Source of the DNA: Bacteroidales bacterium UBA1736
GTDB lineage: Bacteria; Bacteroidota; Bacteroidia; Bacteroidales; UBA932
DNA: 47,366 nt
Assembly: GCA_002315825.1 (NCBI GenBank)
Contig: DCIC01000110.1
Coordinates: 1-47,366, forward strand
Direction: 5' to 3'
Part shown: one piece after another, positions 41,301 to 47,366 of the stretch
Numbering within the stretch: the first letter of the stretch is position 1
How the letters are laid out: each line of letters begins with the position of its first letter
Translations under genes and position numbers: made by a program
The notes under the pieces: generated by a model
What the model was told of the DNA's origin: nothing
What the model saw: only the letters and a program-made list of their open reading frames with translations
Databases searched by the model: none

Positions 41301-43257
41301 TTGTATCAATCTTCTTCTGGATATCCTCTTTTGTTTCTTCACCGGCCTTTGTCAGGTCCTCGAGTTGTTTTTTGACATCACTGAGCAGCTTTGCCAATGT
41401 CCCGTCGGGCTTGTCCTTCAAGAATGCTTCAATAGCTTCAATCTTCTTTTCGGCTGTTGCTATGTCCTCTGAAAGCTCACTGATCTTTGTAGCAAGAGCT
41501 TCAATATCCTGGACGCGTTTTGTGAGAGCCTCAATGTCTGTGCCGATTTTGCTTTCTTTGCCAATGCACTCATCTATCTGCTTCTGGAGAGCTTCAAGCA
41601 ATTTTGCCAATGTGTCGCTATCCAAGTCGTAACCTGCCAGGAATTTCTCTATACTGCTGATAGAAGTATTGATACTTTCAAGTGAAGTTTCGAGGGCCTT
41701 TACACGATCCACAAGGCCAGTGACTCCTTCCTTTCCATTGACTATGTCCTCAAGCGCCTGAAGGTCTTCTGCCTTGGCGCAAGCTGCTATCTTATCCTCC
41801 AAGTCTTTTTTGATCTTAGCCAGTGTAGTTGATTCATAGCCATCGATAAAAGTTTCAAGAACCTTTATCTGTTTTTCTGCCTGCTTCAGGGCTTCTTCAA
41901 GTTCAAGAAGCTTGTCAACGTCTGCCTGCAACTGAGCTATTGATTCTTCAAGCTGACTGATAAGGCCGGTCTGGCTCTCAATATCCTTTTTGCAAGCCTC
42001 TATGGCTTTATTCAGATCTTCAACAATCTTCGAGAGGCTGCTTCCCTTGTAGTCACCGATAAATGACTCGAATGCTGAATTCAACTCCTCGAGAGACTTG
42101 CTCAGCTGTGCAAGAGTCTTGTTTGCCTCCTCCATAGCTTTCTCCAGGTTGCTGACCTTAGCCTGCAGTTCCTTCAGCTGCGCTTTCAATTCGTCTGCAG
42201 TTGATGTCAGTTTACTGATATTTTGCTTCATACTGTTGACCTCTTGGTCATACTTGGAAGTAATCTTTCCCTCGCTTGTAGTAATGGCTTCGCTGATAAG
42301 CTTCTCGTAGGTCTCTATGACTGATTTCTTTGCTGCGGCGAGATCCTCAATGAGCTGGTCGATCTCTCCCTGAAGGGTAGAGCCGGCGGGTATATCATCG
42401 TATCCGAGGATATCCTTGAATGCCTTTATCTGCGCATCTGCCTTTGCTACGGTGTAGTAGTCAGCGAGCTGCTCGTTCACCCACTTCATTATGGCGGTCT
42501 CACTGTTCTCGATGGCTGTGCCGATGGCCGCTGTATATGCATCGGTCACTTCCTTCTTGGCATCAGTTATTGCTGAAGTATATCCTGCAGTCACATCCTT
42601 TATTGCCTGCTGAAGCTTGGCTTCAAGAGACTGTGTGAGAGCATCGAGTTTCTCTCCCACCATTGTCCTTACATTGGTCTCGATCTGAGCGATTGAGCTT
42701 GTGAGAGTAGTTATGCTGGCTTTGATGGTCTCAACTTCCTCAAGGAGAGCGTTCTGTGCCTCGAGAGTAGCGAAGGTCCCGCTCACCCAGTCCTTTGCGG
42801 CGTATGTGGCATCGGCATAGGTCTTGAGGTCTGTAATCTTCTTATCGATGGCCTCACTCTTCTCTTCGAGGGCGCTAAGGACGGTGTTGATCTGTGTGAT
42901 CTGCTTCTCAAGCTCTGCCTTGGAAGTCTCAAGCCTGTTTATGATCTCGGCCTTGGTCTGGTCGATGTCTGTCTGCAGAGAGGTCTTTACCTGGTCAAGC
43001 TTAGCGTTGACAGCGTCAACCTCGCCCTTGAGAGAGGCGCTTGCTTCAGTGAGCTTGTTGATGTATTCTTTGAGCTCAGAACTGAGGGCCTCGAGTGTCC
43101 CGATAGAGGCGGTCACGTTCTTGACCTGCTCCTGGAGGGATGCAATCTCGGTGTTTTCGAGATCGGACATCTCCTTCTCAAGCTGGGATATCTCGTCTTT
43201 GTAGCATCCTGTCAAAAGCAGGGATGCAATAGCAAGAAGATAGACTAATTTTTTCAT
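38377..43257 (-). CDS. 1626-aa lipoprotein: ~670-aa coiled-coil stalk, beta domain, tandem BACON-like Ig repeats
   Basis: Lipobox LTGC; heptad-rich N-terminal half; repeated W..DWLS..K..V..N...R.G.V.F.S..G....F.VTQ units. Confidence 0.85.
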   Translation of the reverse strand: MKKLVYLLAIASLLLTGCYKDEISQLEKEMSDLENTEIASLQEQVKNVTASIGTLEALSSELKEYINKLTEASASLKGEVDAVNAKLDQVKTSLQTDIDQTKAEIINRLETSKAELEKQITQINTVLSALEEKSEAIDKKITDLKTYADATYAAKDWVSGTFATLEAQNALLEEVETIKASITTLTSSIAQIETNVRTMVGEKLDALTQSLEAKLQQAIKDVTAGYTSAITDAKKEVTDAYTAAIGTAIENSETAIMKWVNEQLADYYTVAKADAQIKAFKDILGYDDIPAGSTLQGEIDQLIEDLAAAKKSVIETYEKLISEAITTSEGKITSKYDQEVNSMKQNISKLTSTADELKAQLKELQAKVSNLEKAMEEANKTLAQLSKSLEELNSAFESFIGDYKGSSLSKIVEDLNKAIEACKKDIESQTGLISQLEESIAQLQADVDKLLELEEALKQAEKQIKVLETFIDGYESTTLAKIKKDLEDKIAACAKAEDLQALEDIVNGKEGVTGLVDRVKALETSLESINTSISSIEKFLAGYDLDSDTLAKLLEALQKQIDECIGKESKIGTDIEALTKRVQDIEALATKISELSEDIATAEKKIEAIEAFLKDKPDGTLAKLLSDVKKQLEDLTKAGEETKEDIQKKIDTINELLFGEGGSESSPKEGSILYRINALEAQLLVKNFQSIAYVPTFSDGSVLLSKNSSGNYSGYFTFVVRPAALATVLANNTTNCSMRWLSTPSKADIGTAFDSINMEGSASGQLNVTATINNPSDNLLTTLKNGASAALFVNIAKTASTAALEFTSKFIPLSISSIIVDPTSELEFENTKGDTKYVYVTGAKPKDIAITAPDWLETPVKEEISKDYTKVTFKTKSANETYEKKTGNIIFTFTSGKREEKVVMTATQKPGEQKFDKIYCDGVELTPDTQGKRYMNFLKSGSSLSHSIEVETSLGGNTWSVSTTGMSDWLSIDESERSSSGKLTVTAQAMTKGDSRSTSFKLVSKTGVEATIVASQLDEDQTLTITPTSVELDAKGTAQRVKVTVSPENSGNNWSVAHLNDDSKWIKVNYPVTTADGVYLEISADKNVGKEAKEKNGTLVLTSNTGYTCNDYQVSVTQAALNQTITFSPETLTLAYNDTQYYDNKNRITPTIDPKPQGETWSWTIKEGSDWLSAEKNGSGQQLKVKAKSQNTGSEARTAIITFTTSSGSSEDYTVTQNPIIQTITLNPTSWSPDYQAGSKDVTVSKDIDIQGKTWSFEVVGEDTDWLSAKKKEGLGNENKVTVSVTKNTDTEKGRTGTVQFKSATGKTTDFVVTQGALTQTLTLNPTSWNTNYQEAQKEVSVSVNEEVTGKDWKFEVTSGDSWLSAARKGDTEPDKNKVILSVTPNTGKATREGTVTFTSATGEETSFTVTQTDGMAITDVSPSPITISANGKKYKNGDTWTEAVSTTKLLDLTVTQANGGADWSVKSSPSSFWDSDPTKNENKLELAVANKFDFTDGWPSKAPSGKIVLKAGNDDETETEITVTRNRPVVLINNNSQDGNYFKYTVKFEPSTNWQYTASEGIEKVKKSKNGDEIGKDSDYNLSTVYIKFSNSRTRSITFKCNDGSKTKITFGISATSISKQEIVE

Positions 43258-45752
43258 AGTGCAATATTAGTTGTTACTTTTATAATCTGGATAAATTCAC
43301 TTGTAAAACTGAGTGTTACCTTGTCAGTAAGGGGTACGTCCACATATAGGGCCGCAAATGCTCCGTAATCGCTGTCAGCGGCATTGATAAGCTCGTTGTT
43401 TCCTGTGACAGTGACTGAGATTGTGCCTTCTGTGGTATCGTAGCTTGCAGTCTGGGACTGGAATGAGTGCGAGGTGTTGGATCCGGAGAACCATTTCATT
43501 GAGAACATTTCATTGGCTTTCTCATCTCTGAGATACTCCGCGAGCTTTTCTGCTACGCTCGAAGGCTTGACTAAGAATTTGAATGTGCACTCTTTGCTTG
43601 ATTCAACCAATGCAGCAGCCTGATCAAGACGTGTAGGCACATAAACTATGGTTGCGAAGCTGTTGGCAAGACTGTATGCGGTAATCTGCTTTTCAAGATC
43701 TGTGATTCTATAGAGAAGGCTTCCTTCTTTTGGATTGTCAGCTGTACCTTCTTTTCCGTATAGGAACTCATTGATCTTATCTATCTGGTCACGCAGAGGC
43801 GTGTCGTCTTCTGCTCCGAACACTTCCCACTTCTCAAGCTCTTCTATCTGCTTTTGGAGCTCATCCCATATTTCCTTGAGAGTCTGGCCTTCGAATTCGG
43901 TTCCTGCAAAATTAAAGAGAGGATAGATAGTCTCCAGCTTTTTGTCGATCTCCTCCATTAGTTTCAAAAGACCATCAAGCTTAGCGGCAGTCTTTTCCAC
44001 TTCTGTGACTCTGGCAATCAATTTTTCCAAATCGCTGCTGTCCTTTACAAGATCCTCGAGAATCTTTTTCAACTGTTTATCCATTTCATTAATCTGATCG
44101 GAAAGGGTGCCTTCGGTTTCGTCAGTAATGCCAAGGAATGTCTTTATCTTGGTAAGAGTTGCTGTAGCCTTTGAATATTCTTCCTCAAAATTTGTGACAT
44201 TTTCCACCAATTCGTCAATTGTCTTTTTGAGGGCCGCGACCTTTTCAGGGGTGGTACATTTATCTATGGCATCTTTGATATCCTCCTCAAAAGTGGCTAT
44301 GCTCTCTCCTTCGTAGAATGCCTCAAGCGCGGAGATGGAAGTCTGGAGCGCTTTAAGGTCAGTTGAAATATGCATAAGGTCGGCTATCTGTTTGCTAAGT
44401 CCGCCAGTGCCATTGATTTTCTGGTTCAGCTTCTCATAGTTAGTGCTGTTTTCTTCAATTGCTTTCTTACATTTCTCTATCTCTTCCGAAATCTTACCTA
44501 TGATGGCAGAGAGGTTGTTGGACTTATAGTCTTTGCCAAAGAAAGCGGCAAAAGTCTCGTCGAGAGCCGTAAGGGCCTTTTCCAGATTGGCGAGGTCCTT
44601 TTGGAGTGATGTCATAGATTGATCCAACTTCAAAATAGAGGCGCTTAAGTTCTTCATATCTGATTGGATACCATCCAGACTTGACTGTGTTACGCCGATG
44701 GATTCTTTGACAGTTTTGAACTCCTTCTCCAAATACTCAGTTATCTTTCCCTCATAGTCCGAAATGGCTTTGCTGAGGAATTCTTTGAAGGCGGGGTCAA
44801 GAGCCTCTTTCATCCCCTTGACCTGCGTATTGAGTGCATCCAACTCTTCCTGAATGCTCTTTTCTTTGGGGTCATCCTTCTTCCTTCCGACAATCTTATA
44901 GAAAGCATCTATCTTTGCCTCGGCAGCGGTGATTGTGAGATATTCTTCTGTCAAGGTTTTTTCAATTATACCCTTGAGTTTCTCCTCCAACGTCGCGATT
45001 GCTTCTGTCAGGGTCTTCTCGCTGCCCGAAAGCAAGTCTTCCTTCATCTTCTTGACAGCGTCGGTATATTCGCCGGTCAGTTTGTCCATAGCGGCCTTGA
45101 GATCGGCATCGAAGTCGTCGCCATAATCCTTGGTCAAATCGTCCACAAGCTTGCACATATTGTCGTACAGTGCGGCGGTTGTGGTTGTGAGATTCTCAAT
45201 ATTGGCCTTGATGGATACTATCTCGTGGTACAGCTCCTCCTGGACATCGAGGGAGGCGAAAGTAGCCTCTACCCAGTCCTTCTTTGCAAAAGTGGTGTCA
45301 ATGTAAGTCTTGATGCTGTCGATCTTGGGGTCCAGACCTTCCTGGTGCTTTGCGAGGGCTTCGGCTATGGCACCGGCCTTTTCGAGCTCCTCAGTGAGAG
45401 AAGACTCCATCTCGTCGATTATCCCGAGATACTTCTCCCTGCTTTCAGACAAGTCTTTTTCCGATTTCTGGGTAAAATCGGCAAGATCCTGCTTGATGTT
45501 GTCCATAATAGGCTGGAATGCCAGCAGAGTCGCCTCAAGGTCGATCACGTATCCTTTCAGCTCCTCATTCATAGCCTGAACATTCTTTACGGACGCATCG
45601 ATAACTTCTACCTGCGCCGCCATTGTCGGAATGACTATCTCGCGGTCATTCTCGATGGACTTGTGGATACTGCGCAACTCATCCTTGTGGCAGCCGATCA
45701 GCGTTGCTACAAGGACTAAGGCTGTGGACAAAAATGTAAGAATTCTTTTCAT
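43254..45752 (-). CDS. 832-aa coiled-coil lipoprotein, paralog of the N-terminal half of the downstream gene
   Basis: Lipobox LIGC; shares KDWV..TFA.L, PKEGS.LYRI..LE, F..I.YVPT and FTS.FI motifs; 4-bp overlap with the next gene. Confidence 0.85.
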   Translation of the reverse strand: MKRILTFLSTALVLVATLIGCHKDELRSIHKSIENDREIVIPTMAAQVEVIDASVKNVQAMNEELKGYVIDLEATLLAFQPIMDNIKQDLADFTQKSEKDLSESREKYLGIIDEMESSLTEELEKAGAIAEALAKHQEGLDPKIDSIKTYIDTTFAKKDWVEATFASLDVQEELYHEIVSIKANIENLTTTTAALYDNMCKLVDDLTKDYGDDFDADLKAAMDKLTGEYTDAVKKMKEDLLSGSEKTLTEAIATLEEKLKGIIEKTLTEEYLTITAAEAKIDAFYKIVGRKKDDPKEKSIQEELDALNTQVKGMKEALDPAFKEFLSKAISDYEGKITEYLEKEFKTVKESIGVTQSSLDGIQSDMKNLSASILKLDQSMTSLQKDLANLEKALTALDETFAAFFGKDYKSNNLSAIIGKISEEIEKCKKAIEENSTNYEKLNQKINGTGGLSKQIADLMHISTDLKALQTSISALEAFYEGESIATFEEDIKDAIDKCTTPEKVAALKKTIDELVENVTNFEEEYSKATATLTKIKTFLGITDETEGTLSDQINEMDKQLKKILEDLVKDSSDLEKLIARVTEVEKTAAKLDGLLKLMEEIDKKLETIYPLFNFAGTEFEGQTLKEIWDELQKQIEELEKWEVFGAEDDTPLRDQIDKINEFLYGKEGTADNPKEGSLLYRITDLEKQITAYSLANSFATIVYVPTRLDQAAALVESSKECTFKFLVKPSSVAEKLAEYLRDEKANEMFSMKWFSGSNTSHSFQSQTASYDTTEGTISVTVTGNNELINAADSDYGAFAALYVDVPLTDKVTLSFTSEFIQIIKVTTNIAL

Positions 45753-45762
45753 TTAAGTTCAG

Positions 45763-47366
45763 TTATAGATAAATACTTTGTAAATCGTCTTCATATGTAT
45801 CGTCGATACTGTTGAGGTTGTAAGTCTTGATGAGAATCGCAATCTCCGGATCAAGATTTCCTCTGTGCACGAAGGCCGGGTTCTGCTTTACTGACTGCAG
45901 GTAGCAGTTGACAGCCTTCTCGACATCTCCCGTACGGCTGTAGATTACGGCCAGCAGGTAATTGACATCCGCCGTCTTCTCGAGTCCGTTCAGTATCAGA
46001 AGGGCGCTTGAGTTCCTCTCCATTGCCACGTATGCGACTGCTGTGTTGAAGTCCGCATAGGGACCGAGGTACTTGAGGGCCTCTTCGTATTCTTTTGCCT
46101 GAAGGGCCTGGATGCCTTTCAAATAGGTACTGTCCAGCACCGTGGTCTGGACTGTGTCCTTCACCATTCCTTTGCGGTGCAGGTAGAAGTTGAAACGTAC
46201 AGTCCTGAGGCGGGGGTAGAGGTCGTCAAGCAGATGCTTGTAGTATGTGGAAGAGCGCATAGCCAGCTCTCTCTTGTCAAGGTCTGTGATTGACTTCAGA
46301 GATGTGTACTCATCTTTCTCTTCCTCGCTCATCTGTCTGTCCGCGTCAACAAGGAAATCCAGCATCTCCCAGTTCTCACCATAGCTGCTGCTCAGGAAGG
46401 GGATCTTTACCGCTTTCTCCTTGACAATCTTACCGGTCTCATCCACTGAGAATCCCTTTTCCCTGTCGATGGCGGCCTGAGTGGATTTCATATACTGGTT
46501 GAAGTATCTTGAGATGGCATCACTCCTGCTTTGTGACAGGTTCTTATTATAGCTGACAGTGCCTTCCGGTGAAGCATAAGCACTGACTACGATGGAGTCA
46601 AGGTCAAATGTGGCATTGTTCATCAGGTCTGCAAGGCAGTCCTTGATGCGGCCTATCTCGGCCATATTGTTGCCCAAGTCTTCTCTTACCTGACTCTTGC
46701 CCACTTCAAATGCTACGTAGCTTGTGGTGTTGGCCTCGACCTGACGCTCAACGACCTGCTTGAGATACCTTTCCTTGTAATCGGTAAACTCGGCAAGAGA
46801 ACTGATATAGAACGACAGGGGAGCATTGCGGGGGATCTGGAAAATAGCCTTTTCCTGCTCGTATATCTCGCCCGACAGGACGATGTCAATCTTCTTGAGT
46901 TTGGGCTTGGTGTTGATGGTCTGGACGTAGTTGTATATGAAATCTCCGTTGCCGGCCTGAATGACAGTGTCAAGACGGATGCCTTCTGTCACGATAGGGG
47001 CTTTGACATATTTATTATACATCTCCTCGACACGGGATTTGCGCCTTTCGTTGCGTACCTTCGCCATATCTCTGGTGTAGTGCTCAACGGCCTGCCTCTG
47101 GCTTACGCCGAATTCGGAGTAGAACTGCTCGTCGCTGACGTAGGTGGAGTCAGTCTTGAACGCAAAGATCTGTGGGATGTTACGCTGAAGGAAGATCTCG
47201 AGCAGATTGTAGTTTACAAATGCCGTCGAGTCGGTGATGATGGACCTTATGAACTTGTCATACTGCTCATAACCTTTGAGCTGAGCTCTGCGGTATGCGG
47301 CGCCGGTGATAATCACGGGATCAAGACGAACGCTATCCTCGAGATAATACATATCGGGATAGAAAC
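45763..47366 (-). CDS. OmpA-like-domain plus TPR protein (DUF3868-like); 5' end lies outside the window
   Basis: The frame stays open to the edge (..FYPDMYYLE); VAFEVGKS, AYASPEG...YNKNLSQSRS, GENW, LYPRLR, C-terminal TPR helices. Confidence 0.75.
   Translation of the reverse strand, partial: FYPDMYYLEDSVRLDPVIITGAAYRRAQLKGYEQYDKFIRSIITDSTAFVNYNLLEIFLQRNIPQIFAFKTDSTYVSDEQFYSEFGVSQRQAVEHYTRDMAKVRNERRKSRVEEMYNKYVKAPIVTEGIRLDTVIQAGNGDFIYNYVQTINTKPKLKKIDIVLSGEIYEQEKAIFQIPRNAPLSFYISSLAEFTDYKERYLKQVVERQVEANTTSYVAFEVGKSQVREDLGNNMAEIGRIKDCLADLMNNATFDLDSIVVSAYASPEGTVSYNKNLSQSRSDAISRYFNQYMKSTQAAIDREKGFSVDETGKIVKEKAVKIPFLSSSYGENWEMLDFLVDADRQMSEEEKDEYTSLKSITDLDKRELAMRSSTYYKHLLDDLYPRLRTVRFNFYLHRKGMVKDTVQTTVLDSTYLKGIQALQAKEYEEALKYLGPYADFNTAVAYVAMERNSSALLILNGLEKTADVNYLLAVIYSRTGDVEKAVNCYLQSVKQNPAFVHRGNLDPEIAILIKTYNLNSIDDTYEDDLQSIYL

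Noticed and set aside
38377-45752. SMC/Rad50, phage tape-measure or DGR-target interpretation of the coiled-coil genes
   Set aside because: Both have lipoprotein signals and no Walker motifs. No phage genes, reverse transcriptase or template/variable repeat pair is seen.

Overview
47.4 kb of a Bacteroidales chromosome, judged from TAnnTTTG promoters, a SusC/SusD pair and the atpD-first ATP synthase operon. From left to right: a partial Dcu C4-dicarboxylate transporter and clpP; a glycosaminoglycan/unsaturated-uronate catabolic locus (GH88 and heparinase II/III-like lyase, divergent from kduD-kduI-DUF4861-kdgK-eda, running on into an AlsT-type symporter and nhaA); a Tat-signal Gfo/Idh/MocA oxidoreductase plus a HEAT-DUF1080 protein; a C_GCAxxG_C_C protein; atpDCBEFHAG; an S41 peptidase and a SusC/SusD/lipoprotein operon. 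Next comes a 1.2 kb non-coding patchwork of repeats: a 27-bp direct repeat, hairpins, a 25x9-bp minisatellite, and an array of five palindromes with an exact 51-bp period. After it lies an AT-richer island with araC divergent from genes for a secreted TPR protein, a stand-alone condensation domain, an acyl-adenylating enzyme and a carrier protein (putative fatty-acid-amide/N-acyl biosynthesis). The window ends with two paralogous giant coiled-coil lipoproteins (one with BACON-like repeats) downstream of a partial OmpA-like/TPR gene. The best candidates for an undescribed system are the TPR-C-A-T island, the 51-bp palindrome array and the paired coiled-coil surface lipoproteins. All family calls come from motif recognition by eye; no searches were run.
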